Source: Kofleriaceae bacterium (GTDB taxonomy: Bacteria; Myxococcota_A; Polyangia; Haliangiales; Haliangiaceae). Taken from it: a DNA stretch of 64,000 nt. Position numbers and translations under genes: made by a program. The stretch is taken from NCBI GenBank assembly GCA_965215005.1, contig CBDCCZ010000042.1, positions 128,001 to 192,000 of the forward strand. The letters run 5' to 3'. Within the stretch, counting starts at the first letter, position 1; each line of letters opens with the position of its first letter. This document shows, piece after piece, positions 9,934 through 17,889 of this stretch. Under the pieces are notes generated by a model. The model was not told the DNA's origin. It made no database searches and was given only the letters and a program-made list of their open reading frames with translations.

Positions 9934-10566
9934 CTATCTCGGCATCAGCCTGAGAGCGTCTCGTAGCAGGGATTCGAGAGTTGCACCACCACCGTGGTCG
10001 AGCTCACTCACCACCCTATCGGCATCGGGCGAACGAAACCCGAGCTGCACCAGCGCGCTGGCGACGTCTTCGAGAATCGCGGGCCGGCTCCGTGCAACTT
10101 GCGCGGCCGCCACCGCCGCGGCCGGAGCAATTTCTCCCGAGGCACCCCAGCTCGCCAACAGAAGCTCGCACTTCTCGCGCAGCTCGACCACGATGAGCTC
10201 GGCGGTCTTCTTACCCACCCCCTTGATCTTGGTGAGCGCGGGGACCTGCCCGCTGGCGATGAGCTGCGCGATGTCGGTAGGGCTCGCGCCGCCGGACAAG
10301 ATTCCCATCGCCGACGACGGGCCGACGTTCTTGACGGTGATCAGCAGGTCGAAGAGCTTGCGCTCGCCCACGGTCCCAAAGCCGTACAACGCGATCTTGT
10401 TCTCTTGCGCTTGGGTGAACACCCGCAGCGTCACGGTCTCCCCGAGCGCCGGCAGCTGCATGAGCGTATAGCCCGAGACAGTGACCTCGTAGCCGACACC
10501 GCCGCAGTCGATGATGATATGCGCGCCCGCGCGCTCGACCAACGCGCCGCGAAGCCGACCGATCAT
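9934..10566 (-). CDS. ruvA: Holliday junction branch migration protein RuvA
   Basis: MIGRLRG, GVGYEV, LYGF, HhH motifs VGPSSA and GVGKKTAE; between ruvC and ruvB. Confidence 0.98.
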   Translation of the reverse strand: MIGRLRGALVERAGAHIIIDCGGVGYEVTVSGYTLMQLPALGETVTLRVFTQAQENKIALYGFGTVGERKLFDLLITVKNVGPSSAMGILSGGASPTDIAQLIASGQVPALTKIKGVGKKTAELIVVELREKCELLLASWGASGEIAPAAAVAAAQVARSRPAILEDVASALVQLGFRSPDADRVVSELDHGGGATLESLLRDALRLMPR

Positions 10567-11054
10567 GCGGCCCCTGCGACGAGCGCGCCGCTGCGATGGA
10601 CGTGGGTGATCGCCACCGCCAACGCATCCGCGGCGTCAGCGCGCGGCGGTCGCGACAACCCCACCAGCCCCTGCACCATCAGACACACCTGCTCTTTGGA
10701 CGCGCGACCACGGCCGGTGACGGTTTTTTTGATCACGGGCGCGGGATACGAGTGCACCGCGAGCCCGGCCATGCCCGCAACCGCCAACACCGTACCTCGC
10801 GCCTGCGCCAGCGCCAGCGCCGAGCGTGGATTGATGCGTGAGAAGACATCTTCCACCGCGACCACCGCGGGACGCAGCTCGGTGATCACATCGGTGAGCC
10901 ACCGGGCGATCTCACCTAAGCGAACCTCCATGGGCTGGGTCGCGCCGGCGGTAATCACTCCACATTCGACATAGCGGCACGAAAATGGTCCCGCAGATTC
11001 TACGATGGCGTAACCACACACCCGACTGCCCGGGTCGACGCCGAGAATGCGCAT
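10563..11054 (-). CDS. ruvC: Crossover junction endodeoxyribonuclease RuvC
   Basis: MRILGVDPG, AVEDVF, LAQARG, IKKTVTGRGRASKEQV, DAADALAVAITH; start moved to ATG 11054. Confidence 0.97.
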   Translation of the reverse strand: MRILGVDPGSRVCGYAIVESAGPFSCRYVECGVITAGATQPMEVRLGEIARWLTDVITELRPAVVAVEDVFSRINPRSALALAQARGTVLAVAGMAGLAVHSYPAPVIKKTVTGRGRASKEQVCLMVQGLVGLSRPPRADAADALAVAITHVHRSGALVAGAA

Positions 11055-11109
11055 TGCCCAGGACGCTAACGCGGTGCTGTGACGATGTCGCGTTTTCGGC
11101 AGCGTTGGA

Positions 11110-11856
11110 CTAGCCAAAGCGCTCCATCAGCTCCTCGGACATCTCGAAGTTGGCGTAGACGTTTTGCACGTCGTCGAGATCTTCTAGGACCCCGATGAGC
11201 TTGAGCATGCTCTCGGCTTTGTCTTCCTCGATTTGCACGGTGGTGTCGGGAAGATTGTCGAGCTCGGCATTCTCCGGCTCGATGCCAGCCCCAGCGATCG
11301 CCGCCTGCACCGCCTCGAAAGCGGCGGGCTCACAATCGATCGTCCAAACCTCGCCGTCGTCGCGAATGTCCTCGGCGCCGGCCTCTAGCGCGACCTCCAT
11401 CAAGGCCTCTTCGCTCGCCGCGCTTTTGAGAACATGAATGATGCCGCGCTTCTGGAACAACCAGCCGACCGATCCGGAGGTGCCGAGGTTGCCGCCATAC
11501 TTCTCGAACGAGTGGCGAACTTCGCCCACGGTGCGATTGCGATTGTCGGTGGTGCACTCGACGACGATGGCCACGCCCCCGGGGCCATAGCCTTCGTAAA
11601 CCACTTCTTCCCAGTTGTCGCCACCGCTGCCGCCGGCGCCCTTTTCGATGGCGGCGGCGATCTTATCCTTGGGAACGTTGAGGCCGCGCGCCTTGTCCAT
11701 TGCCAGGCGCAGCCGCGGATTGCCATCGGGATCGGCGCCGCCGACGCGGGCGGCGACCTGGATCTCGCGGATGACCTTGGTCCACACCTTGGAACGCTTG
11801 GCGTCCACGACCGCCTTCTTGCGCTTGATATTGGCCCATTTGCTATGCCCAGCCAT
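11110..11856 (-). CDS. yebC: YebC/PmpR (TACO1) family protein
   Basis: MAGHSKWANIKRKK, YEGYGPGGVA, TDNRNRT, DDVQNVYAN; typical position upstream of ruvC. Confidence 0.98.
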   Translation of the reverse strand: MAGHSKWANIKRKKAVVDAKRSKVWTKVIREIQVAARVGGADPDGNPRLRLAMDKARGLNVPKDKIAAAIEKGAGGSGGDNWEEVVYEGYGPGGVAIVVECTTDNRNRTVGEVRHSFEKYGGNLGTSGSVGWLFQKRGIIHVLKSAASEEALMEVALEAGAEDIRDDGEVWTIDCEPAAFEAVQAAIAGAGIEPENAELDNLPDTTVQIEEDKAESMLKLIGVLEDLDDVQNVYANFEMSEELMERFG

Positions 11857-11948
11857 TGACGACTCCAGTGGGATCTACCGCGAAATCGCTAGCATTGTAG
11901 CTGGCTGCGGCGCAAGAGGCGCTGCCGGTTGGCGCCGTGCGCTGCGCC

Positions 11949-12632
11949 TCACGATGGCCGTGGGCCCACGATGGCGGTGCCGATGCGGACCAACGTAGCG
12001 CCTTCTTCGACCGCGATCAGGTAGTCACTGCTGGTCCCCATCGACAACCGAGTCAGCGGCCGCTGCGGCGTCGCTAGCCGTGCCGCGAGCTCACGCAGCG
12101 CCGCGAAGTGCCGGCGGTTGTCCTCGGGGCTCGCGGCGAGCGGCGGCATCGTCATCAAACCCTGGCAAACCACGTGCTCGAGCCTTTCCAAGGCCTCGAG
12201 CAGTGCCGGTAGCGCGGCCGGCGCCACGCCACTCTTGCTGGCCTCACCGGCGACGTTGACCGCCACCAGCACCGGCTGAACGAAGCCCTCGGCCGCGGCA
12301 CGCTTGTCGATCTCCTCGGCGAGGCGCACCGAGTCGAGCGCGTGAAGCAGCGCCGCGCGCCCGACCACCAGCTTGACCTTGTTGCGCTGCAAGGTGCCGA
12401 TGAAGTGCCAACGCAGACGCCCCTCCACCGCTGCGTGCTTGCTCGCGAGCTCCTGCGCGTAATTTTCGCCCACGTCGAGCACCCCCGCCGCAAGCGCCTC
12501 GCGCAGCACCGGCAGCGGTTGCTTCTTGGTCACCGCGACGATCGTAATCGCCGACGGATCGCGCCCGGCGCGCCGAGCTGCCGCGTCGACCTCGGCCTGA
12601 GCCCGCTGCCATCGCTCCGCCAGCGTGCTCAC
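11949..12632 (-). CDS. yggS: PLP homeostasis protein (YggS family)
   Basis: VAVTK, GENYAQE, WHFIGTLQRNK, GLMTMPP, LSMGTSSDY, GATLVRIGT; GTG start overlaps the maf stop (GTGA). Confidence 0.95.
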   Translation of the reverse strand: MSTLAERWQRAQAEVDAAARRAGRDPSAITIVAVTKKQPLPVLREALAAGVLDVGENYAQELASKHAAVEGRLRWHFIGTLQRNKVKLVVGRAALLHALDSVRLAEEIDKRAAAEGFVQPVLVAVNVAGEASKSGVAPAALPALLEALERLEHVVCQGLMTMPPLAASPEDNRRHFAALRELAARLATPQRPLTRLSMGTSSDYLIAVEEGATLVRIGTAIVGPRPS

Positions 12633-13219
12633 GCCGGCACTCCTTGCTGATAGCAAGGCCGGGCGATATCACGGGCGCGCAGCGCGGCGAGCACCTCCGC
12701 CAGCGGCAGCCCGATGACGTTGGTGATCGAGCCGCGCACCTCGGTTATCAGCGCCGCCGCCATGCCTTGCACCGCATAGCCGCCGGCCTTGCCGCGCCAC
12801 TCACCGGCCGCTAGATAATCCTCGAGCTCGTCGGCCGAGGCGGCGCGCATGACCACCTCGGTGGTTACGACCTCGACCGTCGCATCGTCGCCACGCCGCA
12901 AGCAGAACGCGGTCGTGACCCGATGTCGCGTCGCCACCAACCGGGTCAGCATCGAGCGCGCCGCATCGACGTTTGCTGGCTTGCCCAAGATCGCGCCGCC
13001 GACCTCGACCACGGTGTCAGCGGCGAGCACCCAACGACGCGGATGACGTGCCGCGATCGCCGCCGCTTTGGCGCCAGCCACCCGTCGTGCGTAGTCGAGG
13101 ACGGCTTCTGCAGGCAGCACGGCTTCGTCGACCTCGGCGGCCAACACTTGGACCTCGATACCAACGCGCGCCAGCAGCTCGCGCCGCCGCGGCGACGCCG
13201 ATGCCAACAGTAGAGTCAT
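12629..13219 (-). CDS. maf: Maf family nucleoside triphosphate pyrophosphatase
   Basis: LASASPRRRELL, AADTVV, ILGKP, GKAGGYAVQG, NVIGLP; start moved to ATG 13219. Confidence 0.95.
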   Translation of the reverse strand: MTLLLASASPRRRELLARVGIEVQVLAAEVDEAVLPAEAVLDYARRVAGAKAAAIAARHPRRWVLAADTVVEVGGAILGKPANVDAARSMLTRLVATRHRVTTAFCLRRGDDATVEVVTTEVVMRAASADELEDYLAAGEWRGKAGGYAVQGMAAALITEVRGSITNVIGLPLAEVLAALRARDIARPCYQQGVPA

Positions 13220-13427
13220 GGCGCCTACCCTGCCGCAAACCACCGACGCCGCCAACCGATCGTGCCGCGGGAGTCGCAACGCAGGCTGCCCAGCCCCTGT
13301 GGGATGCGCTGCGCCACGAGACGCGGCGAGCAGGGGTGAGCACACCGGCGGGGCGACTGCATTCGCCGGGGCACCTGGTCCCCACCGGCTGATCAAACTG
13401 GCCCCTGCCGCGCTTAGACTCTCGTAG

Positions 13428-13471
13428 TTTCAGGCACTTATGGAGCTCGCAAGGTCGGCATGGCCGTTGCT
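13428..13471 (+). promoter_or_regulatory. IHF-like site plus sigma-54 promoter of the SLH lipoprotein
   Basis: TTTCAGGCACTTA at 13428-13440; CGGCATGGCCGTTGCT at 13456-13471; SD AGGAGG downstream. Confidence 0.6.
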
Positions 13472-13502
13472 CTGTAGAACGCCGGTTGCTTAGGAGGTTT
13501 TC

Positions 13503-14279
13503 ATGATTCTCGCCCATTCTCACCCCCGCCTGCTCGCTGTGGGACTGGTATCGGCCTTGCTCGCCGGTTGCGCCAGTGGCAATGACGCTGTCGATCCCGA
13601 GGTCGAGCCAGGGTTCGAACCGCGCCGTCCGGTGCCCGGCGTCGACGCCGGCCCGGGCGCCGAGCCCGATCCCGGAGCCGATGCAGATCCCACTGCCACG
13701 CCGACGTTCACCGACCTGGCTGGCAACGTCTTTCAGACGGAGATCTATCAGCTTGCAGAGCAAGGCCGGATCCTCGGTGTCACCGAGGAGCGCTTCGAGC
13801 CCGCGCTGTGCGTGACTCGTGCTGATTTCGCCGCGCTGTTGGCGGTTGCGGTGCCATTGCCGGCGGGACAGCCGTGCTCGACCAGCGAGTACAGCGATGT
13901 CGCGGCCAGCGACGAGCGCTGCGCGGTGATCGCGGCGGCCAGCGACGCGGGATTTCTCAGCGGCTACACCGACGGCAGCTTCCGTCCCGACGAACCTTTC
14001 GTGCGCTATCACGCCCTGGTGGCGCTGGCGGCGGGAGCGGGACTGGTGCCCGAGGACTCTGCCCAGCGTGGCAACGACCCGCTCGTGACGCAGTATCTAT
14101 CGGCGATGTGGGCTGAGATTCCGACCTGGGCGCGCTACCCAGTTGCCGCTGCCACCGAGGCAAACCTCAACGTCTACGACGCAAAAGGCCTGTCGGTCGA
14201 CGCCGCGGCCTGCACCCGCCGCGACGAGGCGGCGGGACTGCTGTGGAGCTACTTGCGACACGTCGGCGGCGCGCCCTAG
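13503..14279 (+). CDS. Lipoprotein with S-layer homology (SLH) domains
   Basis: Lipobox LLAGC; SLH-like motifs FTDL...F.P...VTRADFA, YSDV...GFLSGYTDGSFRPD, IPTWA...TRRDEAA. Confidence 0.85.
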   Translation: MILAHSHPRLLAVGLVSALLAGCASGNDAVDPEVEPGFEPRRPVPGVDAGPGAEPDPGADADPTATPTFTDLAGNVFQTEIYQLAEQGRILGVTEERFEPALCVTRADFAALLAVAVPLPAGQPCSTSEYSDVAASDERCAVIAAASDAGFLSGYTDGSFRPDEPFVRYHALVALAAGAGLVPEDSAQRGNDPLVTQYLSAMWAEIPTWARYPVAAATEANLNVYDAKGLSVDAAACTRRDEAAGLLWSYLRHVGGAP

Positions 14280-14309
14280 CGGTTCACGACGAAATCCATG
14301 AACCGCTAG
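14276..14309. repeat. 34-bp palindromic element (13-8-13), REP-like or bidirectional terminator
   Basis: CTAGCGGTTCACG ACGAAATC CATGAACCGCTAG between convergent genes; related copies at 5987, 45592, 45679. Confidence 0.7.
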
Positions 14310-14357
14310 AAAAGCCCAAATCACGCGCCACCGATCCCGCAACGGCGCACGAGGTGC

Positions 14358-15824
14358 TCAGTGGGTGCGGGTTACCGTGACGCGCGTGGTCGGCGCATCG
14401 AGGTCCCAACCATGGGCGACCGGGGTGAGATCGCTGGTGGCCAGCGTGCCGTCGATGCCCGGGTGCATCGCGACCACGCCGCCCTCGGCGAGCGCGGCGT
14501 CGCTCATGCCGCTGCCGGCGTCATCGGACATCACGCCGCTGAGCGCCTGACATGGCGGCACGATATCCGCAAAGTCCTCGGTGTTGATCTCCGAGCCGGC
14601 ATCGTAGCCCGCGCCTTCGGCGGAGATGCTCTGACCCACGAAGTACGGCAGCGATACGCCGGTGACACCGGTGAAGCCGTCGTTGGTGCAGATCAGCATC
14701 GAGGCAAACGAGAGCTGCGCAAACGAGCGGTTCGAGGTGATGGAAATGGTGCGCGAGGCGCCCGGCAACAGCGGCGGCGGATCGCCGGCGGCGATCACGA
14801 CGTCGGAGACCCGCGAGCTCGCAGCGAGGGCGGCGCGCAGCGGCTCGATGTTGCCGTTTTCGGCGATTTCACGAATGCCTTCGGAGGCGGGATAGCCGGC
14901 GGCGAACAGCCGCACCCCGCGATCGTGGGTTGCCACCACCGGCGGCGTTTGCGCTTGCGTGGTGGTGAGGTTCTCGATGGTGACGTCGTACTTGGCGACG
15001 CGGGTGATCTCGACGAGCGCGACCGGGTCCGAGAAGCCATGAACCGCGGGCGACAGATCGCTCGTAGCCAGAGAACCGTCGATGCCCGTGTGCGGATGCA
15101 CCACCCCGTTCTCGGCAAGCGCGGCGTTGCTCACGCCGGTGCCGGCATCATCAGACGATACCCCGCTGAGCGCCTGGCACGGCGGCACGATATCGGCGAA
15201 GTCTTCGGTATTGAGCTCAGATCCGGCGTCGTACGCCGCCGCGTAGTAACGCGCGCTGCTGCCCACCAGAAACGGTAACCGCTGCGCATCGAGGCCGGTG
15301 AAGCCGTCGTTGCTGCAAATGAGCATCGCCGCGACCGACACGCGGGTAGAAAACGGCGAGCCTTCGACCTCCACGGTTACCGACGCACCGGGAGCCAACG
15401 GCGGTGGATCGCCGGCAACGCCAACCGCAAAATCGGTCACCGCGGCACTGGCCTCGAGCGCCGCCACCAGCGGATCGAGGTTACCGTTCTCGGCAATCTC
15501 ACGGACGCCGCTCGGGGCTGGATATCCAGCCCGATACAGCGCCACGAACGGCGAGTGCGTGGCGACAACCGGCGGCGTCAACCACTGATTGTCGGTCAAG
15601 TTGGTGATGGTGACTCGATAGAGCGCGGTGCCGCCAAACGAATCGGCGTCGCTGTCGCGGCCTGCCGGAGCGGCAATTGCTGTCTCGGCATCGGCGCCCG
15701 CGACCTCGAGGAGCTGGTCCTCAGCCGGATCCTGCTCGGCGGCGCATGCGCCTACGGTGAGTGCCAAGCCTGCAGCGGCTGCGCTCCAAAGCGCGTTCTT
15801 GGCCAAATAGCTGTGCTGATTCAT
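14358..15824 (-). CDS. Lipoprotein with two tandem Spondin_N-like domains
   Basis: Lipobox VGAC; duplicated Y.VTI.NLT...TPPVVATH...REIAENG...MLIC.NDGFTG...YDAGSE.NTE. Confidence 0.85.
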   Translation of the reverse strand: MNQHSYLAKNALWSAAAAGLALTVGACAAEQDPAEDQLLEVAGADAETAIAAPAGRDSDADSFGGTALYRVTITNLTDNQWLTPPVVATHSPFVALYRAGYPAPSGVREIAENGNLDPLVAALEASAAVTDFAVGVAGDPPPLAPGASVTVEVEGSPFSTRVSVAAMLICSNDGFTGLDAQRLPFLVGSSARYYAAAYDAGSELNTEDFADIVPPCQALSGVSSDDAGTGVSNAALAENGVVHPHTGIDGSLATSDLSPAVHGFSDPVALVEITRVAKYDVTIENLTTTQAQTPPVVATHDRGVRLFAAGYPASEGIREIAENGNIEPLRAALAASSRVSDVVIAAGDPPPLLPGASRTISITSNRSFAQLSFASMLICTNDGFTGVTGVSLPYFVGQSISAEGAGYDAGSEINTEDFADIVPPCQALSGVMSDDAGSGMSDAALAEGGVVAMHPGIDGTLATSDLTPVAHGWDLDAPTTRVTVTRTH

Positions 15825-15977
15825 CGAACTCTCCCTCTGCTGTGAACGTAGCGACGTGTACGTGACGTCGCTACGTAGCGAGAGGGTGTGTGGTAACAGC
15901 GGACCGAGTGCGCCGCGGTTACCGATTTTCGCAGGTGGAGTTCGAAGAACCGCAACAGGCGCGCGCCGCGATGCGGC

Positions 15978-17630
15978 TCATTGCACCTGCATTGCGAGGT
16001 TGAGGCGCCAGCTATCCGGCAGGACGTCGATCGAGTCGACGTGCAGACCCACGGTGGCGCCCAAGCCGCCATCGATGCCCGCGACCGTGAGGGTCGGTAG
16101 CGTGATGGTGGGCAGCGTGCCGAAGATTTCGCTCACCACGCCCGGAGCCGCTCGTTCGATCAGCGCGACCGCCTGCTCTTGATTGGCCAAGTCGCTCAAG
16201 CGCTCGAACATGACCTCCGAGACCCGCACCGGCCGGCTCGGATCCGCCAACAATCGGATGCCGTCGGGGCCGGGCTCGAGCCGTACCGGCACACTCGCCG
16301 CGGCCCACGCGCGGGTGTCTTTGGCCAAATCCAGCGTGACGTCGATCTCGATGCCGCCAATCTCAAACCGCGGGCCATCGTCACTCCACTCGAGAATCGG
16401 CGGCACCAATAGATCGATCACGACCTCTTGCAGATTGGAGTACGGAAACTTGAGCGAGCCGATGCCGAGCTCCTGCAAGCGCTCTTTGCTGAACTCAAAG
16501 CCGGAGAAGTTGCCTGCATCCCAAATCGCATACGCCAGCTGATTGAAGAGCGGCCGGCTCACGTACAGCGAGGTGCCGCGCTCGTTGCCATCACCGCGCG
16601 GCATCGGTCGCGCCAAGATGAGCTGATCGGCGCGTGCAACGATTGGCGTTACCGCTTGAATCATCATCTGGTGATGAATCTCGACGGTGGCGCCATCGGT
16701 TGCAGCGGTGGTGAGCTGGCTGTCTTGCGCGATGGGCTTGGGCAGATCGAGGCCCGGAATCGGACGTATGCCTTCTAGAACCCGAACCGTGGCGCTCTGC
16801 GCCGCTTGCTGCGCGATCTCGACAATGGCCGCGGTGAACCGTTCGTCGAAGAACGAAACCACGCCCTCGAGCGCCCACGACGGCAGCAAATTGTCTTTGA
16901 TCGCGATCGGCGCGTGGTCGACGGTGGCGTTGGCGAGCGCAATGCCGGTGGCATCGAGCGTGGCGTCGGCGGCGATATCGAGGCGGCTGTAGCGCGCGGT
17001 GCCCTCGGTCCGAAACAAGGCACTCTTGGTGCGATAGGCGATCGCAACGTCGGTGGCCAGCACGTCCATGCGCAACGCGCCGCCCTCGACGGTGAGCTGT
17101 ACCTCCATGCCGCTGGCCACCGCCGAGGTCAGCTCGATCGTCGCCAAGCCGATGTCGACGGTCACGAGCGCACTCGAGAGCTCCTTGCCAACGAGCAGCC
17201 GCGCGATCAACCCGCCCAAGGTATTGGGCCCGCCGGAGAGGGCCTCGGGACCGAGGCGGATCACCGTAGAATCGGGATACCAGCTCCCCGGAGGAACGAA
17301 TTCTCCTTGGTGCCACGAGCGCACCGCAACGAGCTCGTTGCCGGGTGCAGATGCGCTCACGAAGCCGAGCCCGTCGGAGGCTGGCAAGGTGGCCTCGAAC
17401 ACGCCGTCGCCCGCGACCATCTGCTCGCCGATGCGAATCGTTTGGTAGCCCGGCGCGATCACGCGAACCGACACCGGCTGCCCCGCCGGCCGCATTGAGC
17501 CTTCAATGGGAGTCTCGAAATACACCCCTGGTTCGGCATTGCAGCCAGCGACCGCGAGCATCGCCAGAGCGCCGAACACCAAAGAAAAGACGCCCCGGCT
17601 TCGTGAGCTCCCAGCCACATGACCCATCAT
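15978..17630 (-). CDS. Hypothetical lipoprotein, possible BPI/LBP (TULIP)-like lipid-binding fold
   Basis: Lipobox VAGC; 550-aa ORF with good codon bias; YVSRPLFNQLAYAIWDAG resembles the BPI/LBP C-terminal motif (fold is an inference). Confidence 0.7.
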   Translation of the reverse strand: MMGHVAGSSRSRGVFSLVFGALAMLAVAGCNAEPGVYFETPIEGSMRPAGQPVSVRVIAPGYQTIRIGEQMVAGDGVFEATLPASDGLGFVSASAPGNELVAVRSWHQGEFVPPGSWYPDSTVIRLGPEALSGGPNTLGGLIARLLVGKELSSALVTVDIGLATIELTSAVASGMEVQLTVEGGALRMDVLATDVAIAYRTKSALFRTEGTARYSRLDIAADATLDATGIALANATVDHAPIAIKDNLLPSWALEGVVSFFDERFTAAIVEIAQQAAQSATVRVLEGIRPIPGLDLPKPIAQDSQLTTAATDGATVEIHHQMMIQAVTPIVARADQLILARPMPRGDGNERGTSLYVSRPLFNQLAYAIWDAGNFSGFEFSKERLQELGIGSLKFPYSNLQEVVIDLLVPPILEWSDDGPRFEIGGIEIDVTLDLAKDTRAWAAASVPVRLEPGPDGIRLLADPSRPVRVSEVMFERLSDLANQEQAVALIERAAPGVVSEIFGTLPTITLPTLTVAGIDGGLGATVGLHVDSIDVLPDSWRLNLAMQVQ

Positions 17631-17889
17631 GGGAATTGACTAAGCAACGTTGATACCAGCGCGAAACATTCGCGAGCAAAACGCGACGCAGTGCGGCAAC
17701 AGACGCGCTAGCGGCCGGATTTGTGGCCGCAGGCTGCTTGCGGAGGTCTGCCGGTGTAGGGCGGCGTGAGCAGGCGCGCGCGCTATGCCGTCGCTTGATG
17801 GCTGACGGGGACGGTTAGCCCTAGCGAAGTGACGACCTTACTCCCACCCCGCCGTTGCCTCGTTTGCTCGGCGCGAAGCCGAGACCTCC

